DNA from: Thermoanaerobaculia bacterium
GTDB lineage: Bacteria; Acidobacteriota; Thermoanaerobaculia; Multivoradales; UBA5704
DNA: 64,000 bases
Direction of reading: 5' to 3'
Assembly (NCBI GenBank): GCA_036264085.1
Contig: DATARR010000012.1
Coordinates: forward strand, 34,260 to 98,259
This document shows positions 9,017-18,900 of this stretch, one piece after another. How positions within the stretch are numbered: position 1 is the first letter of the stretch; the number at the start of each line of letters is the position of its first letter. The notes below the pieces were generated by a model. The model did not search any database. It was given only the letters and a program-made list of their open reading frames with translations, and had not been told where the DNA came from. The position numbers and the translations under genes were made by a program.

Positions 9017-9646
9017 ATGACGGAACGCCAAGACCCTGATTTTTCCCTCCCCGCCGGGCTGGACAGTCCGGCGGCCATCCAGTCTTTCCTGGACGACGTT
9101 CCCTACAGCGCGGACCCGTTCTACCGCTGCCCGGCGAGCGTGGTCCGCGATCGCAAGGCGCACTGCTTCGACGGCGCGGTCTTCGCGGCGGCGGCGCTGC
9201 GCCGGCTGGGCTTTCCGCCCCTCATCGTGGACATGCTCGCCGAGCGCGACGACGACCACGTGCTGGCGATCTATAAGATCGACGGCCACTGGGGCGCTAT
9301 CGCCAAGTCCAACTTCGTGGGCATCCGTTTCCGCGAAGCGGTCTACGCCAGCCTGCGCGAGTTGGTGATGTCCTACTTCGAATTCTTTTACAATGTCGCT
9401 CGCGAGAAGACGTTGCGCGGCTACACCGTCCCCCTGAGCCTGAAACCTTTCGATCGCCGGCGCTGGACGACCCGCGACGAGACCATGGAAGCGATCGCCG
9501 CGCGTCTCGACGAGATCCGCAAGGTGTCCGTGGTGACCCCGCGGATGGTGGCGAGGCTCTCGCCGATGGATCCCCGATCGTATGAGACCGGGTTGATGGG
9601 GGCGGTGGTCGAGGGGCTGTACAAGCCGGGTGGAACCGCGAGTTGA
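9017..9646 (+). CDS. Transglutaminase-like cysteine-peptidase-fold protein (putative)
   Basis: Starts 4 nt after the ankyrin gene. Candidate Cys/His pair in KAHCFDGAVFAAAALRRLGFP and DDDHVLAIYKIDGHWGAI. Assignment by motif only. Confidence 0.6.
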   Translation: MTERQDPDFSLPAGLDSPAAIQSFLDDVPYSADPFYRCPASVVRDRKAHCFDGAVFAAAALRRLGFPPLIVDMLAERDDDHVLAIYKIDGHWGAIAKSNFVGIRFREAVYASLRELVMSYFEFFYNVAREKTLRGYTVPLSLKPFDRRRWTTRDETMEAIAARLDEIRKVSVVTPRMVARLSPMDPRSYETGLMGAVVEGLYKPGGTAS

Positions 9647-9714
9647 CCGGCCGGGCGTATACTCCTCCTCTACTTGCCGGGGGAGCTGCCCCCGGAAACC
9701 TACGGAGGACACCC

Positions 9715-10821
9715 ATGATCAGGTCCGTTGCTTGTTGCGGCATCGTCGCAGGTCTCCTGTTCGCCTCGGCGGGCGTCCCGCAGGGCGCGATGCCGGAGAA
9801 GTCGGAGAAGAAGGCTGCCCCGGCGAAGCCTGCTCCGGAGAAGGCCCCAGCCGCGAAGTCGGGTTATCACGTCGCCAAGGAGATTCCGATCGGCGGGGAG
9901 GGGGGCTGGGACTACCTCACCGTGGACGCCGCGGCGCGGCGGCTCTACGTCTCGCATGCGACGAAGGTGGTGGTGGTCGACGTCGACAGCGACAAGGTCG
10001 TCGGCGAGGTCGGGAACCTCTCGGGAGTGCACGGCATCGCCGTGGCCCCGGAGCTGGGCCGCGGCTTCATCAGCAACGGCCGCAGCTCGATGATCACCAT
10101 CTTCGACTTGAAGACGCTCGCCACCCTGAGCGAGGTCAAGTCCTCGGGCGAGAACCCGGACGCCATCCTCTACGACCCCTTCTCGTCCCAGGTCTTCGCG
10201 TTCAACGGCCGCTCCAAGAACGCCACGGTCCTCGACGCGAAGACGGGCAAGGTCGCGGGCACCATCGAGCTCGGGGGCAAGCCCGAGTTCGCCACCTCGG
10301 ACCTCAAGGGCAACGTCTTCGTCAACATCGAGGACACGAGCGAGGTCGCGGAGCTCGGCGCCAAGGACCTGAAAGTGAAGGCGCGCTGGCCGCTCAAGCC
10401 TTGCGAGGAGCCGTCCGGCATGGCCATCGACCGCAAGCACCACCGGCTCCTCATCGGCTGCTCCAACAAGCTGGCGGCCGTCGTGGACACCGAGAGCGGC
10501 AAGGTGGTCACCACGGTGCCCATCGGCGATGGGGTCGACGCCAATGCCTTCGATCCCGGGACGGGCCTCGGGTTCAGCTCGAACGGCGGCGGCGAGGGTA
10601 CGCTGACGGTGATCAAGGAGGAGACGCCGGACAAGTTCACGGTCGCCGAGGACGTGCCCACACGCCGCGGCGCGCGGACCATGGCCCTGGACGAGAAGAC
10701 GCACAACGTCTACCTGGCCACCGCCAAGTTCGGCCCGCCGCCCGCGCCCACCGCGGAGCAGCCGCGCCCGCGCCCGACGATCCTGCCGGACTCGTTCGTG
10801 ATCCTGGTCGTCAGCCGGTAG
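9715..10821 (+). CDS. Secreted YncE/YVTN-type beta-propeller protein
   Basis: ATG at 9715 preceded by GGAGGA. Signal peptide MIRSVACCGIVAGLLFASAG. Repeated propeller blades (GGWDYLTVD..RLYVSH, VHGIAVAPELGRGFISN, NPDAILYDPFSSQVFAFN, SGMAIDRKHHRLLIGC). Confidence 0.8.
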   Translation: MIRSVACCGIVAGLLFASAGVPQGAMPEKSEKKAAPAKPAPEKAPAAKSGYHVAKEIPIGGEGGWDYLTVDAAARRLYVSHATKVVVVDVDSDKVVGEVGNLSGVHGIAVAPELGRGFISNGRSSMITIFDLKTLATLSEVKSSGENPDAILYDPFSSQVFAFNGRSKNATVLDAKTGKVAGTIELGGKPEFATSDLKGNVFVNIEDTSEVAELGAKDLKVKARWPLKPCEEPSGMAIDRKHHRLLIGCSNKLAAVVDTESGKVVTTVPIGDGVDANAFDPGTGLGFSSNGGGEGTLTVIKEETPDKFTVAEDVPTRRGARTMALDEKTHNVYLATAKFGPPPAPTAEQPRPRPTILPDSFVILVVSR

Positions 10822-10869
10822 CGGCGCCGGAAACCGGGGAGGAGCGGGGCAGGGTGGTATAAAGCGAGC

Positions 10870-12606
10870 ATGGAAAGCTCGCTGCCACCGCCCTCCCTCG
10901 ACTCCTTCCAGGCCTTGGGCTTGAGCGAGCCGCTCCTGCAATCGATCGCCGAGGTCGGTTACGAGGCCCCGACCCCCATCCAGTCCGCCGCCATCCCGCC
11001 GCTGCTCGCCGGGCGCGACCTGATCGGCCAGGCGCAGACCGGCACCGGCAAGACGGCGGCGTTCGGCCTGCCGCTGCTCCAGGCGATCGACCCGGCCCAG
11101 CGGTCGATCCAGGCGCTCGTGCTCACGCCCACCCGCGAGCTCGCCATCCAGGTGGCGGAGGCGCTCCACACCTATGGCAAGAACCTCCAGGGCCTGGTGG
11201 TGCTGCCGGTCTACGGCGGCCATTCGCTCGAAGACCAGCAACGGCGGCTGCAGCGCGGCGTGCACGTCGTCGTCGGCACCCCGGGAAGGATCATGGACCA
11301 CCTGCGCCGCGGCACACTGCGGCTCGACCGCCTGCGCATGGTGGTGCTGGACGAGGCGGACGAGATGCTGCGCATGGGGTTCATCGAGGACGTGGAGTGG
11401 ATCCTCGCCCAGGCGCCCCCCTCGTCGGCGGGGCGGCAGACGGCGCTCTTCTCGGCCACCATGCCGCCGGAGATCCGGCGCGTGGCCCAGCGCCACCTGC
11501 AGGATCCGGCCACCCTGGAGCTGGCGCACAAGGCCCTCACCCTGCCGGCCATCGAGCAGCGCTACCTGCTGGTGGCCCAGCCGCAGAAGCTGGAGGCCCT
11601 CACCCGGCTGCTGGAGATCGAGCCGACGGAGGCCGTGCTCGTCTTCACCCGCACCAAGACCGCGGCGGCTCAGGTCGCCGAGCGGCTGGAGGCGCGCGGC
11701 TACTCGGTGGCGGCCCTGCACGGCGACATGGGGCAGCCGCTGCGCGAACGGGTGATCGACCGCCTGCGCTCCGGCAGCGTCGAGATCGTGGTGGCGACCG
11801 ACGTGGCGGCCCGCGGGCTCGACGTCGAGCGCATCAGCCACGTGGTGAACTACGACGTCCCCAACGATGTCGAGGCCTACGTCCACCGTATCGGCCGCAC
11901 GGGCCGCGCCGGCCGCGCCGGCATCGCCGTGCTGTTCGTCACCCCGCGCGAGCGGCGCATGCTCCAGGACATCGAGCGCTTCACCGGCCAGCGGGTGCAG
12001 CCGATGAAGATGCCCACCCCGGCCGACGTGGCGGCGCGGCGGTCGGAGCTGTTCAAGGAGAGCCTGCGCAAGGCCATCGGCGAGGGGGACCTGGAGCTCT
12101 ATCTCGCCCTGGTGGAGGAGCTGGTGGAAGAGGGTTTCGAGATCGCCGAGATCGCCGCCGCCGCCGCCTACCTCGCCCGCCGCGAGCGGCCGCTGGTGGA
12201 GGTGGCCGTCGAGCCGGAGCCGCGGGAGCTGCCGGGGACGGGCGACGGCATGGTGCGTCTGTTCCTCAACGCCGGCCGGCAGGCGGGCGTGCGGCCGGCG
12301 GACGTCGTGGGCGCCATCGCCAACGAGGCCGGCGTCCCCGGCCGCGAGATCGGCGCCATCGACATCTACGACCGCTTCTCGCTGGTCGAGGTGCCGGCCC
12401 GCTTCCAGCAGCAGGTCATCGACAAGATGTCCGGCGCCACGCTGCGCGGGCGCTCGCTGGAGATCAAGGTCGCCGGCCGGGACCAGGGGGAGCGTCCGCA
12501 TCGGACCGATCGGACCGATCGGACGGATCGGACCGATCGGTCGGATCGGGCGGATCGGTCGGATCGGGCGAGGCCCCGCGCGCCGTGGAAGAAGCGGCCG
12601 AGATGA
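10870..12606 (+). CDS. deaD: DEAD-box ATP-dependent RNA helicase (DeaD/CsdA-like with DbpA-type C-terminal RNA-binding domain)
   Basis: Q motif F..LGL...L..I...GYEAPTPIQ, AQTGTGKTAAF, VLDEADEML, SAT, HRIGRTGRAGRAG. C-terminal DbpA-like segment MVRLFLNAGRQAGVRPADVVGAIANEAG. Confidence 0.95.
   Translation: MESSLPPPSLDSFQALGLSEPLLQSIAEVGYEAPTPIQSAAIPPLLAGRDLIGQAQTGTGKTAAFGLPLLQAIDPAQRSIQALVLTPTRELAIQVAEALHTYGKNLQGLVVLPVYGGHSLEDQQRRLQRGVHVVVGTPGRIMDHLRRGTLRLDRLRMVVLDEADEMLRMGFIEDVEWILAQAPPSSAGRQTALFSATMPPEIRRVAQRHLQDPATLELAHKALTLPAIEQRYLLVAQPQKLEALTRLLEIEPTEAVLVFTRTKTAAAQVAERLEARGYSVAALHGDMGQPLRERVIDRLRSGSVEIVVATDVAARGLDVERISHVVNYDVPNDVEAYVHRIGRTGRAGRAGIAVLFVTPRERRMLQDIERFTGQRVQPMKMPTPADVAARRSELFKESLRKAIGEGDLELYLALVEELVEEGFEIAEIAAAAAYLARRERPLVEVAVEPEPRELPGTGDGMVRLFLNAGRQAGVRPADVVGAIANEAGVPGREIGAIDIYDRFSLVEVPARFQQQVIDKMSGATLRGRSLEIKVAGRDQGERPHRTDRTDRTDRTDRSDRADRSDRARPRAPWKKRPR
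12502..12567 (+). repeat. 9-bp tandem repeat (about 7 copies) encoding a (T/S/A)-D-R tail of the helicase
   Basis: cggaccgat cggaccgat cggacggat cggaccgat cggtcggat cgggcggat cggtcggat. Translates as RTDRTDRTDRTDRSDRADRSDR. Confidence 0.9.
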
Positions 12607-13406
12607 CGATCCTCGAAACCCGGGAGCTGACCAAGCGCTTCGGCGACGTCACGGCGGTCGACGACTTCACGATCACGGTCGAGGAGGGGGAGGCGTTCGG
12701 CCTGCTGGGACCCAACGGCGCGGGCAAGACGACGGTCATCCGCATGCTCACCACCCTGCTGCCGCCCACCGTGGGCAGCGCGCGCGTCGCCGGCTGCGAC
12801 GTGCAGCGCGAGGCGATGGGTGTGCGGCGGGCCATCGGCTACGTGCCCCAGGCCCTCTCCGTGGACGGCGCGCTCACCGCCTATGAAAACCTTTTGATCT
12901 TCGCCAAGCTGTACGACCTCCCCCGCCGGGAGCGCGCCGGCCGCATCGAGCACGCCCTGGCGCTGGTGGGGTTGACGGACGCCGCCGGCCGCATGGTGCG
13001 CGAATTCTCCGGCGGCATGATCCGGCGGCTGGAGATCGCGCAGTCCACCCTGCACCGGCCGCGGGTCCTGTTCCTCGACGAGCCGACCGTGGGGCTCGAC
13101 CCCCTGGCCCGCGAGGCGGTGTGGGAGCACATCAAGAAGCTCCATACCGAGCTCGGCACGACCCTCTTCCTCACCACGCACTACATGGAGGAGGCGGACG
13201 ACCTCTGCAACCGGCTCGCCATCCTGCATCGCGGCAGGCTGGCGACCGCCGGCACGCCGGCGGAGCTCAAAGCCTCGCTGGGGCGCCCGGGGGCGGAGGC
13301 GACGCTCAACGACGTGTTCCTCCATTATGCCGGCGACACCCTGGAATCGGGAGGGAGCTATCGTGAGACTTCAAGAGGCCGCCGGACCGCCCGCCGCCTC
13401 GGCTAG
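12603..13406 (+). CDS. ABC transporter ATP-binding protein (ABC-2/DrrA-like)
   Basis: ATG at 12603 overlaps the helicase stop (ATGA). Walker A GPNGAGKTT, signature FSGGMIRRL, Walker B VLFLDEPTVGLD, H-loop LTTHYMEEA. Confidence 0.92.
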   Translation: MTILETRELTKRFGDVTAVDDFTITVEEGEAFGLLGPNGAGKTTVIRMLTTLLPPTVGSARVAGCDVQREAMGVRRAIGYVPQALSVDGALTAYENLLIFAKLYDLPRRERAGRIEHALALVGLTDAAGRMVREFSGGMIRRLEIAQSTLHRPRVLFLDEPTVGLDPLAREAVWEHIKKLHTELGTTLFLTTHYMEEADDLCNRLAILHRGRLATAGTPAELKASLGRPGAEATLNDVFLHYAGDTLESGGSYRETSRGRRTARRLG

Positions 13407-14202
13407 ACCCGCGTCCGGCTTCGCGCCCGAATTCGTGCGCAAGACGTTGGTCATCGCCGAGCTCGAGGTCCGCAAGCTGCGGCACGACTACACCGAGGTG
13501 ATCACCCGCGGCGTGCAGCCGGTGCTCTGGCTGCTGCTCTTCGGCCAGGTCTTCTCGCACGCCCGGGCGATCCCCACCGGCGGCGTGCCCTATCTCGACT
13601 TCATGGCCCCGGGCATCCTCGCCCAGAGCGTGCTCTTCGTGGCCATCTTCTACGGCATCAGCGTCATCTGGGAGCGGGACCTCGGACTGATCAACAAGTT
13701 CCTGGTGAGCCCCACGCCCCGCTCGGCGCTGGTGCTGGGCAAGGCGCTGTCGGCGGGCGTGCGCGCGCTGCCGCAGATCGCGGTGATCTTCGGCCTCGCC
13801 GCCCTCCTCGGCGTCAAGGTGCAGTGGAATCCCGTGACGCTGCTGGGCCTGATCGCCGCCGCCGTGCTCGGCGCGGCGCTGTTCTCCACGTTTTCCCTGA
13901 TCATCGCCTGCCTGGTGAAGACGCGCGAGCGCTTCATGGGGATCGGTCAGGTGATGACGATGCCTCTCTTTTTCGCCAGCAATGCGATCTATCCCCTCTC
14001 CATGATGCCGCTCTGGCTGCAGTGGATCTCCAGGGCGAACCCGCTGACTTACGAGGTGGACGCGCTGCGCACCCTGATGATCGCCGGCGCGCCGAGCCAC
14101 TTCGGGCCCCTGGGCCTGGCCGTGGACTTCGGCGTCCTGCTGGCCTGGTGCGTGGCGCTCGTCGCCGTGGGCGCGAAGCTCTACCCGCGGGTGGTGACGT
14201 GA
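13327..14202 (+). CDS. ABC-2 type transporter permease
   Basis: Six predicted TM segments and an ABC-2-like pattern (FMAPGILAQSVLF, RERFMGIGQVMTMPLFFASNAIYP). Follows the ATPase. The exact start is uncertain because the called ATG overlaps the ATPase by 80 nt. Confidence 0.85.
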   Translation: MPATPWNREGAIVRLQEAAGPPAASARPASGFAPEFVRKTLVIAELEVRKLRHDYTEVITRGVQPVLWLLLFGQVFSHARAIPTGGVPYLDFMAPGILAQSVLFVAIFYGISVIWERDLGLINKFLVSPTPRSALVLGKALSAGVRALPQIAVIFGLAALLGVKVQWNPVTLLGLIAAAVLGAALFSTFSLIIACLVKTRERFMGIGQVMTMPLFFASNAIYPLSMMPLWLQWISRANPLTYEVDALRTLMIAGAPSHFGPLGLAVDFGVLLAWCVALVAVGAKLYPRVVT

Positions 14203-14205
14203 GGC

Positions 14206-15522
14206 TCACCCCTTGGCCGGCTGGATCAGGTCGCCGTACTTGAGGGGCTCTCCCTTCTCCCACGGCCGGTACTCATTGCAGAAATCGATGCGCTCGCCGA
14301 GCGGCGGGTGGTCGGAGCGCCAGAGCTTGTAGAGCAGGCTGGGACGGGGATTGCTCAGGTTCTGCTCCTGGAGCTTCACGAAGGCCGTGGCACAGTCGTG
14401 ATTGTCGCGTGTGATCTCCAGGCCGAAGCGGTCGGCCTCGTGCTCCGTGTGCCGGGTGAAGGCCAGGAGGGCGGGCGACAGCACGAAGGTCACCAGACCG
14501 AAGAGCAGCGCGATCAGGGGCAGGGAGGCGACGTCGGAGAGCTGGACGAAGCCGAAGCGGTCGCGGTAGCGCGCGATCAGCCCGCCGGCCGTGCGATGGA
14601 TCACCCACAAGCCGAAGAGGACGAGGAGCGAGGCCAGGGCGACGAGCTGGAACACGTGCCCCAGCACGTAATGCCCCATCTCGTGGCCCATGACGTACAG
14701 GACCTCGGGCTTGTCCAGGCGGCGAAGCGTGGTGTCCCAGAGGACGATCCGCTTGGTGCCGAAGACGCCGGTGACATAGGCGTTGACCGTCTTGGTGTCG
14801 ACGCTCTTGTTGACCTCGTAGACGCGGCTCCCTTCGATCCCCGCCCGGTCGGCCAGGGCGAGGATCTGGCTCTCCAGCGCCTTGTCCTTCATCGGCCCGA
14901 ACTGGTTGAAGCGGGGCTCGATCCAGATCGGGGTGACGATCAGCAGGACGACGATCAGCGGAATGGCCGCGAGCCCCGTGTACAGCCACCAGCGCCGGGG
15001 GCTCCAGCGCAGCAGCAGGTAGGGGAGCCAGAGGGTGAGGGCGGTCGCGATACAGGCGATGGCGAGCCTGGTGAAGGCGTCGCTCCACCACTTGGCCGCC
15101 GTCTGGTCGGACAGGCCGTAGGCGTGCTGGCGGACGAAGTCCGTGTACCAGTCCAAGGGCAGGCTGAGGATGAACGTTACCAGGGTGAAGAGGAGACCGT
15201 AGACGACGAGGGTGAAAAACCAGTTGCGGCCGACCTTGCGGGCGGCGTCCCGCATCCGGGCCGAGAAGCCGGTGAACAGCAGCAGGGCCGGCACGGCGAA
15301 CCCCCACAGCGTCTCGATCACCCAGAGCAGGTTGCCGCTGCGGTAGTACCGCATCGCCTTGTCGCCGGGCTGCGGCACGGGCACGGGCTGCGACAGCGGT
15401 CCGCTCGCGGCCACGGCGGCGCTGCCCGTGGCGGCCGGAGCGGCCGGCTGGGCGACGACGAGCGCCGGAGCGGCCACGAGGGCGAGGATCAGCAACAGGA
15501 CGGCAGGGATGGCATGGCGCAT
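14206..15522 (-). CDS. M48 family (Ste24/HtpX-like) zinc metalloprotease
   Basis: HEXXH motif in VMGHEMGHYVLGH, multiple TM helices, downstream E in TEHEADRFG. Confidence 0.9.
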   Translation of the reverse strand: MRHAIPAVLLLILALVAAPALVVAQPAAPAATGSAAVAASGPLSQPVPVPQPGDKAMRYYRSGNLLWVIETLWGFAVPALLLFTGFSARMRDAARKVGRNWFFTLVVYGLLFTLVTFILSLPLDWYTDFVRQHAYGLSDQTAAKWWSDAFTRLAIACIATALTLWLPYLLLRWSPRRWWLYTGLAAIPLIVVLLIVTPIWIEPRFNQFGPMKDKALESQILALADRAGIEGSRVYEVNKSVDTKTVNAYVTGVFGTKRIVLWDTTLRRLDKPEVLYVMGHEMGHYVLGHVFQLVALASLLVLFGLWVIHRTAGGLIARYRDRFGFVQLSDVASLPLIALLFGLVTFVLSPALLAFTRHTEHEADRFGLEITRDNHDCATAFVKLQEQNLSNPRPSLLYKLWRSDHPPLGERIDFCNEYRPWEKGEPLKYGDLIQPAKG

Positions 15523-15595
15523 CGGGTCTCTCCTGGGTCAGGCGTCGAGGCTCTGGCCAGAAGAGTACGCCGCAAGGGCCCGAGAGTTCTACCGG

Positions 15596-15817
15596 TCAGG
15601 CCTCGAAGACGAGCCCGGCGCTCTTCGAGCGCGCCTTGCGGGCGAGCAGATGGTCGAGGTGAAGGATCGTCTCCTCATGGATGACCACCGCCCCGCAGTC
15701 CGGGCAGACCTCCGCCGGCACGCCGTGGACGACGAGCGTCCGCTGGCGGTGGATCACGGAGTGGCTGATCGCCCTGGGCTCGTGCTCGCCGGTGCATCCT
15801 GGGGTCTGGCATTTCAT
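15596..15817 (-). CDS. YgiT-type zinc-finger protein (MqsA N-terminal domain-like)
   Basis: MKCQTPGCTG...VCPDCGAVV gives two CxxC pairs in the arrangement of the YgiT/MqsA zinc ribbon. No HTH domain and no adjacent MqsR-like gene. Confidence 0.6.
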   Translation of the reverse strand: MKCQTPGCTGEHEPRAISHSVIHRQRTLVVHGVPAEVCPDCGAVVIHEETILHLDHLLARKARSKSAGLVFEA

Positions 15818-15977
15818 GTCGGCTCCTCCTTCGAATTCTCTGTTCTGGTAACCACCCGTGGCGCCATCTCATTCCGCCGGAGCAAACAGCGCGCCAGGCG
15901 CTACACTACGGAGCAACTTTGCAGCCAGCCCACCGTATTACAGGATTCGAACGTCGACCCTTTGGAGGTTTCCCTTT

Positions 15978-18900
15978 ATGCGCCGTCTTGCTCTCATCCT
16001 GGTCTTCGCCCTGCTCGCCGCTGTGTCCTTGGAAGCCGCGGGGGCCGAGCCGCTGCTGCGCACCCCGGCCCTCAGCCGGACGCAGATCGCCTTCAGCTAC
16101 GCAGGAGACATCTGGCTCGTGGGACGTGAGGGGGGTGAGGCCCGCCGGCTGACCACCGGCGCCGGCGTCGAGACCGATCCGGCCTTCTCGCCCGACGGCC
16201 AGTGGCTCGCCTTCACCGGCCAGTACGACGGCAACTGGGACGTCTACCTCGTGCCGGTCGCCGGCGGCATCCCCCGCCGTCTGACCTGGCACCCCGGCAT
16301 CGACCGCGTGGTGGGCTGGACGCCGGACGGCAAGCGGGTGGTCTTCCGCTCGGGTCGCGACAACCCGTTCGCCAACCGGCTGTACACCATCGCCGTCGCG
16401 GGCGGCGGGCTGCCGGCAGCCCTGCCGCTGCCCACGGCCGAGGAGGGCACCTTCTCTCCCGATGGTACCCATCTCGCCTACGTGCCGCGCTGGAACCGCC
16501 GCAGCTCGCCGGGCACCTATGTGGCCTGGAAGCGCTACCGCGGCGGCCTGGCCTCGCCGATCTGGATCGCCCGCCTCGCCGACTCCGCCGTCGAGGAGGT
16601 CCCGCGCCAGGGCTCCAACGACTTCGATCCCATGTGGATCGGCGACCGCGTCTGGTTCCTCTCCGACCGCAACGGCCCCGCCACCCTGTTCGTCTACGAC
16701 CCGGCGACCAGGAAGGTGACGCAGGCCCTGGAGAACCCCGGGCCGGACGTCGCCTCGGCCTCGGCCGGCCCGGGGGCCATCGTCTACGACCAGCTCGGCA
16801 AGCTCCACCTCTACGACCTCGCCTCCGGCCGGTCGCGGGTCGTGGAGGTCAAGGTGAGCGGCGACCTGCCGGCCGTGCGCCCCCATTACGTCAAGGTGGC
16901 CGACCGCATCGACTTCGCCGGGCTGTCGCCCACGGGCATGCGGGCGGTGTTCGAGGCTCACGGCGAGATCCTCACCGTGCCGGCGGAGAAGGGGGACGTG
17001 CGCAACCTCACCCACACCCCCGGCGCCGCCGAGCGCTATCCCGCCTGGTCGCCGGACGGTCAGAAGCTCGCTTTCTTCTCCGATGAGTCCGGGGAGTACG
17101 CCCTCCACGTCGTCGACCAGACGGGCGCCGGGCCGGTGAAGAAGATCGACCTCGGGAATCCGCCGTCCTTCTTCTACGAGCCCAAGTGGTCGCCCGACGG
17201 CCGGAAGATCGCCTACAGCGACAAGCGCCTGAACCTCTGGTACGTCGACCTGGCCAGCCCCAAGCCCGTGCGGGTCGACGCCGACACCTATGACGCGCCC
17301 ACCCGCGGCCTCGACCCCTCCTGGTCCCCTGACAGCCGCTTCCTCGCCTACACCAAGGAGCTGCGCAACCACATGCGGGCCGTCTTCCTCCACTCGCTGG
17401 AGACGGGCAAGTCCACCCAGGTGACGGACGGCATGAGCGACGCGCGCTACGCGACCTTCGACAAGTCGGGCAAATACCTCTACTTCGCGGCTTCGACCGA
17501 CGTCGGGCCCACCACCGGCTGGCTCGACATGTCGAGCTTCCAGCACCCCGTCACCCGCAGCGTCTACGTGGCGGTGCTGGACAAGACCCTGCCGTCGCCG
17601 CTGGCGCCGCTGAGCGACGAGGAGAAGGACGCCGCGGCGAAGGAAGGCAAGGACGGCAAGGACGCGAAGGACGGGGACAAGGACGCGGACAAGGGCAAGG
17701 CCAAGGCCGCGGTGCCGGTGGTGAAGGTCGATTTCGACGGCATCGGCCAGCGCATCCTCTCCCTGCCCGTGCCGGCCCGCAACTACACCGGCCTCAGCGC
17801 CGGCAAGGAGGGGGTCGTCCTCCTCCTCGAGACCCCTCCCGCGGGCGGCGGCGCCAAGGGCAACATCGTCCACCGCTTCGCTCTCGACAAGCGCAAGACC
17901 GAGAAGCTCCTCGACGGCGTGCAGACGCTCGCCGTCTCTTACGACGGCGAGAAGATGCTCGTCCACGTGGGCGAGTCCTGGGCGATCGTGCCCACGGCTC
18001 CCGCGGCCGCGCCGCCCAAGCCGGGCGATGGCGCCCTGGCCCTCGACAGCCTGGAGGTCCTGGTCGATCCGCCGGCCGAGTGGCGCCAGATGTACCGCGA
18101 GGTCTGGCGCATGGAGCGGGACTTCTTCTATGACCCCGGCCTGCATGGGCTCGACCTCAAGGCGGCCATGGCGCGCTACCAGCCCTACGTCGACGGGATC
18201 GGCCACCGCAGCGACCTGAACGCCCTGTTCAACGAGATGCTCGGCGAGCTCACCGTCGGCCACATGTACGTCGCCGGCGGCGATGCTCCCGAGGTCCCGA
18301 AGGTGAAGGTGGGCCTGCTGGGCGCCGACTACGAGGTGGCGGACGGCCGCTACCGCTTCGCCCGCATCTACAGCGGCGAGAACTGGAACCCGGAGCTCCA
18401 GGCTCCCCTCACCCAACCGGGCGTCAACGTCAAGCCGGGTGAGTTCCTGCTGTCGGTGGGCGGCCGCGAGCTCAAAGGCACGGACGACGTCCACAGCTTC
18501 TTCGAGGCCACGGCCGGCAAGTCGGTGGTCCTCGAAGTGGGACCCCGCGCCGACGGCAAGGGTGCGCGCAAGGTGACCGTCGTCCCCGTCGACAGCGAGG
18601 ACCGGTTGCGGGGCCTGGCCTGGATGGAGGACAACCGCCGCAAGGTCGACGAGCTCTCCGGCGGCCGCCTCGCCTACGTCTATCTCCCCGACACGGGCGG
18701 CGGCGGCTACAGCAACTTCAACCGTTACTTCTTTGCTCAACTCGGCCGCGCAGGGGCGGTGATCGACGAGCGCTACAACGGCGGCGGCGCCGCGGCCGAC
18801 TACATCGTGGACTACCTGCGCCGGCCGCTCCTCAACTACTTCACCACCCGCGAGGGCGAGGACTTCACGACGCCGGTGGGCTCCATCTTCGGCCCCAAGG

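Noticed and set aside
9700-12501. Very long ORFs antisense to or overlapping well-supported genes. Examples: 9700..12501(-), 756..2102(+), 1396..2979(-), 7379..9712(-), 15906..19166(-), 19051..21063(-), 22024..23868(-), 25404..28550(+), 40928..44461(-), 50141..52807(+), 58174..59616(-), 59613..60851(-).
   Set aside because: Their translations are Arg/Gly/Pro/Ala-rich low-complexity strings typical of stop-poor shadow frames in about 70% GC DNA. The opposite or alternative frame carries clear family motifs in every case.
15930-15965. tRNA-like T-loop sequence (aggattcgaacg) upstream of the tricorn-like protease gene.
   Set aside because: The flanking bases cannot form a T-stem or acceptor stem, so there is no cloverleaf.
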